A stretch of DNA of 63,858 nt, the filler included, from Pelomyxa schiedti (lineage: Eukaryota; Protista; Evosea): assembly GCA_020536535.1 (NCBI GenBank). It is 3 parts of 3 records of this genome, joined end to end, with 100 filler letters (N's around TTAATTAATTAA, not from the genome) between each part and the next. Parts side by side here need not be neighbours in the genome. Positions count along the whole stretch, not along the records: positions 31,590 to 62,724 come from JAHLWZ010000521.1; 2 more parts are not named here. The stretch is one strand, 5' to 3'. A model generated the notes under the pieces. That model was not told the DNA's origin. It did no database searches and worked only from the letters and a program-made list of their open reading frames with translations. Positions 39,504 to 51,112 of the stretch are shown here, piece after piece (positions within the stretch are counted from its first letter, which is position 1; every line of letters starts with the position of its first letter). Position numbers and translations under genes: made by a program.

Positions 39504-42500
39504 TCAAGGGCGCAACTTCACAAGTTTCTGTGTCATCTTTTTTTTTTTCATGTTGTTGCTCCTCAATTTGTTGGACAGTGGCCCCTTCAGGGAAGTTCTT
39601 CGGGTTGTTGAAAGAGAGATAAAGGGCAGAGGACTGGACCGGGATATACACACCCAATCTGGATAATCACAATGATACGGCGATGTTCTGGAGTTTTCAG
39701 GATGGTACTTGTCCAGCTTTCGGACTGAAAATAGGGCAAGGTTCTCGTAGGACTTGGTTGGAAGAGACCGGAGCCGGACCGGCGTTTTCCGGCAAAGAAT
39801 CAGCCCAAGTGTCCAGTTTTTCTGTCTTAGGAACTTCAGAATCACTTTCTGGAGGTTGTTAGATGTGACTGGGCTTGTCCAGTTCTTGCACTCCACAATA
39901 ATGTTTCCTCCTCGGAGATCGATCACGCCCTTGTTCTTTGACAGGGTTAAATCTTCCATGAAAACGCCGGGAATTGTTTTGAGACAACCAAGCTCTTCGG
40001 TGATTGGATCGTTCTGTGCCGGAAAAAATGGTATCCTTTGCGCAAGTATATCCTCGTCCACGGTGTTGCATATATTTTGCCATAACCTGCAACACAAGTT
40101 GCTGTTGTCTGTGACCTCTGAAGGTAATTGGTTACAGGGGCATGGATTGTTTGAGTTGCCATACAGGTGGAAAAATAAAGAGTGCATAAAATTGGACAAG
40201 GTCTGTCCACCAAAACCTCCACTATGGGATGCAGCTGACACAGCCACACCCCCAAATTGCTCAAATATAAATTCATGACTTCGAGAGTGTTCTGTTTGAG
40301 GCTTGCTTGTATCAACAATCGAAGTGGCAAATTGGTAGATGGAGGGCCACGCTTCGATAAGTGGTACTTGATGATCTTTCTTCCCTTTCAAAAATGGAGA
40401 TGAAACTGCCATATTGCCGCAGAGGCTCAGAAAGAGCAAAGGTTCCTGAACCAGAGATGGAAAGCAACACCCATGTGTAACTTTTTTTAGAGGGTCATGT
40501 TTTGGATGTTTTGGATGATAGCACAGAGTGCCACAGTCAGAATATACTTTCCAATAAGCTGCTTCACCACCAGGGATCCATAAGTGGGCAAAATGGTGGG
40601 ATACAAATTGAGTAATGGGGGCCTTATGTCCTGGAAAATACAATGCAAGCTGAGCTGCTTGACCAATTGTGTCCTCATAGACTGCGGGCTTCTCATCAAG
40701 TAAGAGGCTGTGCAGCTCAACAAATAAGGCATTCAAGATCGAGAGGGGTTCTTGCCTCGAAGGCACTGATGAACGGTATAAAGTGAGGTGCCCCTCACAT
40801 CGGGGCAGTAATTCTCTAAGCTTATCAAACATATTGATAACGAAGAGGGCACGGCTGTGCTGAGCACAGTACTCAACAAATTGGCCAAATTTGCAGTGCA
40901 ATGCATTGCATCTTGCAAGTATTTGTACCCTATCAGGAACCCAGCATACTTCCAGACTTGGAGGGGATGGCAATGATGAGTGTGAGAATAAGTAACACCA
41001 GAGGTAAGGTGGGCTTTCGTAACGTGAAGTATTATCCCAAAAGCCTTGGGCGAAATTGATGGCCCTGGAATTGGTGCCTGATAAGACAACGACAAACCCC
41101 AAGACACGGCAGAGGTTTCGAATGAAAATAAGTTCTTTCACCATCTTTTTGGTAGGTATTTCGTCGATAAACACTATAGGCTTATTAGTGGCACCCTCTG
41201 TGTCAGGCCAGGCTTTGTGAAACTCTTCAATAGTCATTGGGCCTGGTATGGAGTCGAACTCCCTCCCTAAAAGGGAATATGGAAGCCGTTTGGGGAACTG
41301 GGATTCATCAGGAGACGGTGATGAGAGGCATTCAGTTTGTTGAAACTTTTGTAACAAGTTGAGCCACGCCACGGTCCAGAAACGCATTCCTGATGCACCC
41401 AAGAATGCACAAAATGGCCATCGAGTTCCCTTTATCTGAATCCATTTCCCAACGTCTCTCCACATGCACTCTAAGAAACTAGTAGACAGAGGCATCCAGC
41501 ACTTGTAAATAGGCTGTGTCTTCAGTAAGGACCACACGATATATCTGTTAAAAGTAATTATGGAGGAATATGTGTAGGTTGCCATACATGACATCAGAAT
41601 TCAATGAGAATGCCATCTGGGTCTTTCCCATCCCTGAGCTGCCATCCAAAATCACAAAAGGCATATCCTCGGTGTGATAGTTTTTCCAAAATTTAGCTTT
41701 GAGGGTCTGTATTGACTCAACGAAATGGTGTAGAGCCTGTTGTCCTGATTGGTCAGCCAACATTGCTTCACCTGTTTTAAAGTACTGCATAGTAGCCCCA
41801 TTCTCGTCAGCTAATCTAACATCTAAAAAAAGAAATGTAACTTGTTCGTCACCAGAATAGCATAGGGCCAACCTGAAAGATGAATTGGGTCAGTGTGTTT
41901 TTTACCTTCAGCTATTTTTGTGGCCTGGCTTGATATCATGGTGGCTTGGCTAGATATCATGGTGGCTTGGCTAGATATCAGGGTGGCTCGCTGTGCAATT
42001 ATCGGCAGGATTGGATGGTCACTGATTACTTGAATCTTTTTTTGTTGGTACTGTCATTGTTTTAAGGGTTTTTTTCAGATAAATGGGAATACTTTAGAAA
42101 GGTCGAGGTTCTGTGGATCAAGATGGATAAGGCTGTTGAAAACATTGTCTATCTCATCTCTTGACAGAGGGACTTCTTGTCCAATTATATCAGGTTTGAT
42201 GTAATAACGGACAATAAATGGTGGAATGGGAACTACTTCATGCTCCAGGGAAATTAGGAAGCTTTCTGTTTCTACGTAATGCCAAGAAAAAAAACTTGTT
42301 TTTTTTTTAACATACCTGGGATTCTTGCACCACCCTCCGAACAACTTACGGGAGGCGCTGTTGTCGCCGACGAAGCAGCTCCGTGTTGCTTACTAGTAGG
42401 TGCGCCCCTGCGGTCGTCACCATTATCGCGAGGCAGATACACAGTACTACCGCCACTGCTACTGGTACTAGGTTTGGTGGTAGTTGATGCAGTCGCAATA

Positions 42501-42691
42501 GCCGTAGCCGTAGCCGTTGCCGCCGAAGCCACGTTCGAGCCCACCGATGATGGCGAAGAAGAAAAGGTGGGTGTTTGTAGACGCAAATTGTCGGCAAGAG
42601 GGCGCCGAGACCGAGGGCGCGAGGTGTACTGGGCAGACATGTAGAAGCCACGGTTGACCAGCCTGCCGCTGCGAAATCGGCTACGGCGCAT
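39504..42691 (-). CDS. Crinkler/RHS-type (CR) effector-like protein: N-terminal region + P-loop NTPase + PD-(D/E)XK nuclease
   Basis: Walker A ILDGSSGMGKTQMAF, QPIY, Walker B IVFIDE, FIRNLCRVLGFVVVLSGTNSRAINF, SHHFAHL, EPLLFLSL, and C-terminal IDLRGGNIIVECKNW. About 680-aa uninterrupted terminal exon. Start at 42691 or 42640. Confidence 0.75.
41920..41988 (-). repeat. About 3.3 x 21-bp tandem repeat encoding a heptad (ISSQATM)
   Basis: GTGGC(C/T)TGGCT(T/A)GATATCA(T/G)G repeated, in frame in the CR-like gene. Confidence 0.85.
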
Positions 42692-42726
42692 GTTTCCGCA
42701 CTTTTTTCGTTCATATGAGATTAATT

Positions 42727-42815
42727 GGCTGAATAAAATAATCAACAGACCGGAACGCTGTACTTTTCGTTATCATCGCTCAGGATCGGTGGTCTGGTGT
42801 TTTTTTTATTCGGCC
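42727..42815. mobile_element. 89-bp MITE, copy 2 (inverted relative to copy 1)
   Basis: TIR GGCTGAATAAAA...TTTTATTCGGCC. TSD AATT at 42723-42726 and 42816-42819. Confidence 0.9.
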
Positions 42816-42906
42816 AATTAAACTGCGCACATTCGATGCAAAGAAAATTTGGCACCGTGAAGCTTTAATACTATACAAAGGTGGAGCTGGAATGAGCGTG
42901 CTTGTA

Positions 42907-43272
42907 TCAACCAAATAATAGCATTAACAAAATCGCGACGAGATTGACGAAGATCAGGGGTACTGTTGTTGTTGCGTATGAGGTTAGGTACCAGAAACAA
43001 CCAAAACAGAGAGTAACACCTCTCATAAGGAGCCTGACTGCATGAAGGAGTGATATTATTTTATCCTTGGCTGAGCTGCCCATCATCTTTTCTGGTGTGT
43101 ATCCCCATCCAACTATCAAGGCAGTCAGACAACGATGTCATTTTGTTAATTAATGAAATAACTCAAACAAACTTCTCTTCAGGAATCTGTCTTCACTCAA
43201 AATTGCCAATGCATTGAGAAACAGAACAGAGCTCAAAACCAGTCCACTCAATGAAAACAACAGCGAGAACAT
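42907..43272 (-). CDS. IER3IP1: Yos1/IER3IP1 small ER-Golgi membrane protein
   Basis: Exons 43272-43173, 43112-43020 and 42962-42907 give MFSLLFSLSGLVLSSVLFLNALAILSEDRFLKRIGWG...IISLLHAVRLLMRVPLIFVNLVAILLMLLFG*. Confidence 0.92.
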
Positions 43273-43656
43273 TTCGGCCGCGTATTAATGTTTCTTCTAC
43301 ACCCACAAGTTGGTTTTGCTGTCTCCACTTCTAATGAAGCAGCGTGCCACCCGTCCTCGTCGAGTTTTTTTTTGTGGGATTTGATGCCCATTCATCTGAG
43401 GGAGTGAGCATTTGATTCACAGAGGATTGCCCTGCAGAATGGCAGAGTGATTGCTCTGAGATCTTGGTGTTGAGGGAGTTCCCCCACCCATCACTGGAGA
43501 GTATTGTTTCGATGAAGAAGTTACGAAGTGGGGTTGGCTGTGAAAAAGGACCAAAAAAACAAACAAAAGAAATTCTACAATTAATAATAACGCGCGCGAA
43601 CGTCGTAATCGGGTCCGGTTTGTTTTATTAAAAGTACTTGTGTGCCTGTAACAGCA

Positions 43657-44607
43657 ATGTCTACTTCTACAGAGCAGTACGTTTTTTGTTTGTTTTTTTT
43701 TCTCCCGCAAACGGCCCAGTTGGCCCTAACTGCTTTTTCTAGCGATTTTTTCTTCAAAATATTGTTGATAGGAGACTCGGGTGTTGGGAAAAGTATGTAC
43801 GGCACTAATCTTGTTTTACACTTACCAGCATTTAAGGTTGTCTTTTAATTCGTTTTGCGGTATTCTTTCTCCACTTAGCTAAACCGACAATTAAACATCT
43901 CGTAAGGATGACACATGGACAGAAACTCACATAGCTACAATTGGCGTTGACTTTGTATGGGTGTCTCATTTACAGTAAAATATTTACCTTTATGCAGAAA
44001 ATCAAAACACTTAATTGCGACGGGAAAGTGATAAAACTGCAAATTGTATCTCAGTCTTCCATTGTGTGGTCGTTTACATTTTTTAGTGGGACACTGCAGG
44101 CCAGGAGCGGTTTCGAACAATTACCAGTTCGTATTACCGCGGTGCCCAGGGAATTATCCTCGTTTTTGATTGCACCGATATGGAAACATATACCAACGTA
44201 AAACAGTGGCTTGGCGAAATTGAGCGATATGCCTGTGAAAACGTCAATAAGGTACATCTATGCTTGTATTTAGAAATGCAGAATTAATTCTGGTACTACC
44301 GCAGCTCCTCGTGGCCAATAAAACGGATTTAGCGGACAGAAGAGTTGTTCAAACTTCTATGGCGAAAGAATTTGCCGACAGCATGGACATACCCTTTATC
44401 GAGGCATCCGCCAAAGCCAATATTAACGTAGAAGAGGTATTCATGCAAATGGCTCGTTCAATAAAAGAAAGGTTCCTTCCGCCTCACTGTTAGTTTCCCT
44501 CTCACCCCGTGAACCACAGACTTTCCAGCTCAACACAAGATGCACCCGTTTCAGGTGTACCACTTTCCAAGAAACCCCCACACAAAAAGCCAGGAGGCAA
44601 GTGCTAG
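43657..44607 (+). CDS. RAB1: Rab1-like small GTPase
   Basis: Spliced [79 protein letters not shown]-terminal GGKC*. Confidence 0.93.
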
Positions 44608-44790
44608 ACACTCAAAACGCTATCACTATCACCAACATCAAACACCAATCCTTGTTTAATCCACATTTCCCCAGCCAACACCCCAAACAACCATCACTTG
44701 TTTTTTAGCGAAGATAAAAAAGAAAGGAAGACCAAACAAATCAATCAAAATTTTGTTGACGCGACCACAAACACAAAAAAAAGGAAAGGA

Positions 44791-47310
44791 ATGAGCGCCG
44801 ACGACGCTTCGTCTGCTCACGTCGTCGGGCCCGAAGAGGCGAAACCGCAGGCCGACGGCGCACAAGTTGGGGCCGAAGAGGAGCGAAGGGACGCGCGAGG
44901 CGGCACCGACGACGGTTCAGCTACGAAGGGACACGGCGACGCGGATCGGGACCAACCGCCAACAACTACAGACGACGAAGACTTCAACCAACGGCCAACG
45001 GAAACTGAAACGGAAACAGAAACGAAAAAACCTCAACCGCAACCGCCGTGTGACTGTGACAATGAGCCGAGTGGTAGCCGTGATTGTGAGAAAGAAGGAT
45101 GTGAATACAAATGTGACACTGACACTGTGGCAAATATCACGCCTGATGCGAGTGTTGTTGCAGTCACGAGCAGTGACACTCCTGTTACTGTCAAAAATGA
45201 AGTAGCAACAATCACAGAAGAAACGAAAACCGCACTGGAGGAGGGTGTAGAATGTGAGAACATAAGCACATGTATAACTGTGGAGAAAGGATCGAATACT
45301 GAGGCCTGTGATGTTGCGAGTGTTAGTACCACTGTAGAGGAAGGGGCTGGAGGTACAGTGGTAGTTCCTGGACTGGGAGAAGCATGCAACTGTGACCAAG
45401 ATATAAAAGCTTCCGAAACGAATACTACTGCTACCGAACTGCCTGGAATTGCTGAAGGTAAGCGGCGTGTGGATCCTACCCCTATTCCAGAAGATTGCAC
45501 AACAAAGGATGCCGCTTCCGGGAGCAGTGGAGACAACGTTTCCAATTGTGTGCCGACGGGGCCAGATTTATCAGTCCCAATTGTCGATGCCGTTGAAAGG
45601 AAGCCCCCTGCGTCTGTGCCACAATTAGATCCTACGGGTAATACGAAAGTTCCAGAAGTAGACATCAGAAAGACAGAGGAAGCAGTGGTAACAGTACTGA
45701 CTAAACTTGAAATTGAGCCAGAGAAAGGTCTGGAAACGGAAGTTGCAGTAGAAACGCATAGTACACCAATAGACAATCCTACTCAAGAAAAAGATTTAAC
45801 AAAATCCATTGACATGACCAAGCTTGAACCCAATTCTACCGTTGAGTCTGTGCATGACTTGACGGTTGCAAATACATCGTCTGCCCATGAAACGACCAAA
45901 GATTCTCCACCAATTCAAAAGGAAACCAGCTCTAACCCTGTAATTATTTCCGAGACTCAACCGGATCAGGCAACAACCCCCAGCGCCCTCAACCCTCCAG
46001 AACACCCAACGGTCTCGGTAATTACACCAGAAGTGCAAATAACCAGAAAAGGGGGTGACGTAGAACCTCAAATTACTCCTCATTCCGGAAAAGCTACAAG
46101 CTGCTGCTGCGATAGTTGCACAGCTAAAAAGAAAACAGAAAACGATAATAAATCAAACGAACTACACGGTTTGCAGCTTCCTAAACTTCCTCTACTACCT
46201 CAGCAACAAACCCAAACTTCTTCATCACCACAGCAAACCTCCGAAAAACCCCTACCAGAAAAGCAAAGCACTTTACACCAACGGGCAATATATCACCAAC
46301 GCCAAGCCGTTTTAGATGGTGGAATAGGGATTTGTGGTATATGTGCATGTAACAATCTACTCCAAAAGCCTCACTTCACCAAACAACAGTTTGAACTGAT
46401 TGCAGACTCCCTTGCCCCTGATTCCCCACCACCACCGGAAGTTCCTAGTGGGGTTCTCACAGCTGCACAAGGTGCTGCCCTTAATTCCAGACAACAAAGC
46501 CCCACCTCCAGCAGTTCTCTATCACTATCTTCATTTTTCTCTTCAGTGTCCTCATCATCCTTCTTTGGAGACCGACGCTCTTCACCTTCTTCAAATGGAA
46601 ACGGTGCCAGAGCAACCTCCCAAGCGAAAGCAATTGATGGCCGGCATAAATTTGCCCTAGGGCTTGGCTTCTACGACGCAAACGTTGTAATATACGCATT
46701 GCAGATGGTTGGCCTGTGTTGCATCTGGCATGACATTCGCATACAGGTTGACACTCACAACCTCGTTTTCAAAAAGCCATCATCATCAAGCACCACCCTG
46801 AGTTCCCCATTCTCAGTCTCGCTTCCCGCCCTACCATCTACACCAGTCTCAACTACCCAACTTTCACCAATTCCCTCACCAACCCCTCCAATTCCAATTC
46901 AGTCACCATCCACAACAGCATCATCATCAATTCCGGCACAAACACCCTCAACAACCTCAACATCAGATAGTAATCTCACCCTTCTTGGGGTTGTGGTTAA
47001 TGTAGCACAGCCTGTTAAGTGGGGAGGCATGTCATTTGGTGCCACCGGTGGGTCATTACTGTCAGCCCTCGGAATGGGCCCGCTATCACTGACTAGGCAC
47101 TGGATATCCTGCCGCAGTGTGGATGACACTTGGTATGCATTCGATTCCACGCACAGCACTCCGGATTTGATTGGAACAGTTGTGGAAGCGGCCGCATTCC
47201 TCAATGCCTGCATCAAGGTTGGTGCTACTGTAATCAAAGTATTCAAAAAATCCCGCAAAGACCACACGGATGACAATGACTGGGTCCATGTGGAAAACGG
47301 CAGCAGTTAA
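44791..47310 (+). CDS. Josephin-family deubiquitinase with a long acidic N-terminal extension (intronless)
   Basis: IYHQRQ..CGICACNNLLQ..FTKQQFELIADSL, LGLGFYDANVVIYALQ and RHWISCRSVDDTWYAFDS (Cys/His/Asp triad present). Confidence 0.85.
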   Translation: MSADDASSAHVVGPEEAKPQADGAQVGAEEERRDARGGTDDGSATKGHGDADRDQPPTTTDDEDFNQRPTETETETETKKPQPQPPCDCDNEPSGSRDCEKEGCEYKCDTDTVANITPDASVVAVTSSDTPVTVKNEVATITEETKTALEEGVECENISTCITVEKGSNTEACDVASVSTTVEEGAGGTVVVPGLGEACNCDQDIKASETNTTATELPGIAEGKRRVDPTPIPEDCTTKDAASGSSGDNVSNCVPTGPDLSVPIVDAVERKPPASVPQLDPTGNTKVPEVDIRKTEEAVVTVLTKLEIEPEKGLETEVAVETHSTPIDNPTQEKDLTKSIDMTKLEPNSTVESVHDLTVANTSSAHETTKDSPPIQKETSSNPVIISETQPDQATTPSALNPPEHPTVSVITPEVQITRKGGDVEPQITPHSGKATSCCCDSCTAKKKTENDNKSNELHGLQLPKLPLLPQQQTQTSSSPQQTSEKPLPEKQSTLHQRAIYHQRQAVLDGGIGICGICACNNLLQKPHFTKQQFELIADSLAPDSPPPPEVPSGVLTAAQGAALNSRQQSPTSSSSLSLSSFFSSVSSSSFFGDRRSSPSSNGNGARATSQAKAIDGRHKFALGLGFYDANVVIYALQMVGLCCIWHDIRIQVDTHNLVFKKPSSSSTTLSSPFSVSLPALPSTPVSTTQLSPIPSPTPPIPIQSPSTTASSSIPAQTPSTTSTSDSNLTLLGVVVNVAQPVKWGGMSFGATGGSLLSALGMGPLSLTRHWISCRSVDDTWYAFDSTHSTPDLIGTVVEAAAFLNACIKVGATVIKVFKKSRKDHTDDNDWVHVENGSS

Positions 47311-47508
47311 CAACACATTTTTGTTTATTTTTTCCACACAAACAGTTTTCATTTCACCTTCAACACGAGAAAGAAAAGATAAAACAAAAGTTTTCCCTTG
47401 TACAACTTTTGGTGTAGAAAAAAGCAACAAAGTATTTTTTTTAAAATACACAATAGTGTTGTACACTAGGTACTACAAAGTAGGGTGTGGATGTGTCTGT
47501 ATGTGGCT

Positions 47509-49815
47509 TCAGGAAGAACCTTGGCCCCAGAATCCAAGCAGAGTGCGTAGGGGATTAGTGGGCCATGTTATGCTGGGGTGCTGTGTGTGGTGAATGTTTG
47601 GTGGGGTTTCAATGGGAGGTGGGGAGGGCAATACCGGCGTTGCTGGTGCTGTATCGGAGGTATTGGTTGGTGGTTGAGCTGGGAGTGTGAGGGTGAACTT
47701 GGCGAATGCGGAAATGTGCGTTGAATTGGGTGATGCGGCACGGCCGAGAGTTGGGGAGGAGTCTGTTATTGGAATTGGTGAGGTCCTTGTGGATACCGGA
47801 AGGGAGGAGTTCAAAGGTGCAGAGGGCAAAGGGGGCTCCCTGGATGGCAAGTTTTCGGCAGTTGGGGTGGAACTTAAAATTTGCCCGCTGGCATCCTGGA
47901 ATTGTTGTTGCAGTAACTGCTGTTGTTGGACTAGTTGTTGATGTTGCTTGTAGCTGATTGCGATACTTATTATAGTATCCGCAAATGTAAATGCAGCTGT
48001 GGTTGAGGTGTACAAAAACAAGGCTGGATCAACCATCTCTACCCCCAGTAAAACAAACTTACACTCGTCATCCCGCGCAATATCAATGCGCATGTAAGGT
48101 ACAATATTATCCGCTACAGATTTTCCAAGGGAAAATCTTGAGCCGCATGTGCACAAATATGTACATCCAATAGAGCCGCAAGTGCACTCGCCAATCTGCT
48201 TATCATTCAATACGGAAAGAGTAGATTTATGCACAGTGATAGCAAAGAATAGCTCGTCGTCCGTGGGCAAGTGGTGTGTGCATAAGGCTCCATGCTCTTG
48301 TTGTGTGCTATACTCGCACACGGTATTGTTGTTGTGCCGATGTGTGTGGTGGGTATGAGTGGTATGAGCAGGCTGGCCACTGGCTGGAGGTGAACGCGCA
48401 ACACGGCGCACGCAGTGCGAAAACATCCCATTGAAGAAAATGAAGCTTAGTTCCCCTTGATCAGAACGAGTAATGCAACGCAGGAGACGGTGAGTAACTA
48501 GCTTGCCGCCTTCACATGCTCTTCGCATTAGTGACAGGCGCTGCTGTACCTGATCCGAAAAAGTTGGTGCGTTCGTAGCATAATTTACAGGACCAACTCC
48601 TTCTAGTGATACATAAACAGGGAAGCAATCGCCAGTTAATGGGGCACTTCCTACAGCAGGTTTCACCAGAGCATTTACCCAACCGCGATCTCGTAATAGA
48701 CCAGATAATAGCAAGGAGTCCGTAGCAACTGTATTGACAAATGTTACAGGGCATGAAGAGGATGTTTGCGGTTCCAAAACGGCTTCGGGTAGCCACATCA
48801 AAGGAGGAGATTGCCGGAACTCTTTACTGTTGTCATGGTGATGCCTGGTGTGGCGGTGGTGCTTGTGAGCTTGCACGGGAGAAAGGTTGGCAGTGGAATC
48901 TTGAGGAAGGAAGAACATGGGCGCACAAACGATTCCACGTTGGGACAGGTCGTGCATGCACTGGCATCTATCAAGTGACCACTCAATCGCATCAATTGGA
49001 TTCAATAGGCACGCAACCTATGTGAATGCATTAGGTTTGCTCAAAGATACTAACTTTGCGTCACATGTTGTATGTGGAGCCAGCACAGAGGAAAAGATCT
49101 TTGCCCTTGGCAAAGGTCTTTTGGCACAAATGTGCTTGGTGTGGGAAGGGGATGTCACCTTTGAAACAGAATTCGCCCATTCTTTAAAAGAGCGCAGATG
49201 TTTGTGAATATTCCAAACACTTCGTACAACTACCACATCAAACGATGACCACACAACATTGGGGTCATCCCATACAACGATACTGACAACGCTCCTCCCA
49301 TCCACAGCATTTGTACTGAAACCTGGGGTACCACAGTTTATATTGCCAGATGGCATTTGTGAAGTATTCGGGCATCCTATAAGATTCGAGTTCAAAACTC
49401 CATATGCAGGAGGATTTCCCTCAAAAACAGAGGCTTTCATCAGAGAGGATAAAGCGGAAGTTTGTCTTGTCCCTGAGATGCATTGGTCTATATTAGTAGT
49501 AGGAGGGGCAAAAATAGTCTGTTGCCCAGGATCATCATTTCTTGGGGAACGGGGCGGTGTTGCAATAGTAGAGTTCCTGGTGGGGGAAGATGACAGAGCG
49601 CGGGGAGTTATGGGATGCAAAGGAGACAGCGGGGTAGTAGAAAGAGGGTTTCCGCCAGTTCCAAGGTAAATTGGTGTCAGTAGGGGCGTAGCTGAAGGCG
49701 AGGCAGGAGAAGAAGGATTTGGTGAACTAGACAGCCTCTGCTGTAACGCCAACAACAACGAGTAATTGTCTTGGTGCGAAACAGCGTCCAATGATGAAAC
49801 TATGGCAATACGCAT
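47509..49815 (-). CDS. Bacterial-type ATP-grasp (RimK/GshB/DcsG-like) protein with low-complexity insertions
   Basis: MRIAIV, VWDDPNVVWSSFDVVVVRSVWN, NPIDAIEWS, LVKPAVGS, GELSFIFFNGMFSHCVRR, YMRIDI and EMVDPALF. Confidence 0.75.
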
Positions 49816-50312
49816 TGACGTCGCAGATACAAACAAAGAACAAGCTGTTATCCCAGATCTTTTTTGTTTATCGTCGTGGTCGCTTTCCTTCGGAAAATAA
49901 CTTTCAAGTACGGTAGATCGCAGCAAAGTGCGTGTCGGCTCGTCTTCGCAGCCTGTGTGTCTTTTTTATTATTTTTTATGTTGGCGAGTTGGGTGAAAAT
50001 TGTTAACCGGTAGACATCTGTAAGAATGTGGAAGGTTCTGTTAACGACGGTTGACGATGATAGAATTTCTATCCCTTCCCGAACAAGAGAAGCCGAGCTG
50101 CCATCTGGAAATGAACCTTTGTGACTCATCACCCTAAGTCTCTCCAATAAGTCCCCGGAGGTACCCACCGATGTCGCCTGCCCTCGTCCTCAGTCACCCA
50201 GTCTCTTCAGAGGGAATCTCCGTGAAACTTAAGAAGAACAAAGAAAACAAAAAAAACCGAAACCCCGAACGAACGTTTGATCGGCCGATAATTACGAGCG
50301 GATAGGAGGATA

Positions 50313-50681
50313 ATGGGTTGTTCGTTTGAGCATTTCATATGGTCTGTCATTTGGTTCTTCTGTTTGATCCTCAGCTGGGGCCTAGCCTTTCTCGCCGCAG
50401 GTGCGTTGTGACTCTTGCTTCCCACAATTCCCTTTTCCCCAGTCTCTTACCCGCTGCTTTTGATTCTTCTTTCCTATTGGGATCCCATAGTTGTGTATGT
50501 GTTTGTGTCACCATTCGCGGCGTGCCTTGATTTCTGTTTACCCTTCGAAAGAGTCCTCATGAAAGGTATAGTTCGTTCACATAGAAATTCGTTTTTTTTT
50601 TTTTTTTAACAAACAGGTTCAGGTGTTGGATTACCACTGTTTTGTGCTCGGCGCATGGTCGAGGGCCACGTGGGGTGCTAG
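50313..50681 (+). CDS. 73-aa Cys-rich small membrane protein
   Basis: Exons 50313-50400, 50491-50565 and 50623-50681 (GT-AG) give MGCSFEHFIWSVIWFFCLILSWGLAFLAAVVYVFVSPFAACLDFCLPFERVLMKGVGLPLFCARRMVEGHVGC*. Confidence 0.75.
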
Positions 50682-51112
50682 CCCACCTATTCCACCCACA
50701 TTCACCCCATAATGCCATTCTGTATTGTCTTTACTTGATCAAATTTCCAGTATCTGTGCAGCTTTTTCCTCTATCCATGTGCCTCTGCACTTAGAGTCCC
50801 CCTTTTTTTTTTCCCTTGCACTGTAGGGTGGGTGTAGGATTTCTCCCAGAGTCCTTTCAATTGGCCCCACCACTAGATTTTGGCTCTGAACAAGTGTTGA
50901 TTGCTTGAAGCTGTGCCATTGCCAACTATTTGTTTTCGTTGATGGTGTAATGACCCCCACATTGTGGGTTTGGAAAAAGAAGGTCTTTTTTCTTCAGTGC
51001 AAGCTCCATGTTCTGAGATCTGGCCATCGATGCCCAAAAGGTCCCTTCCATCTTTGTTTTTTAAAGAAAACCAACGAAAAAACCAAACCAACGACACACA
51101 ATTTTGACGTAG

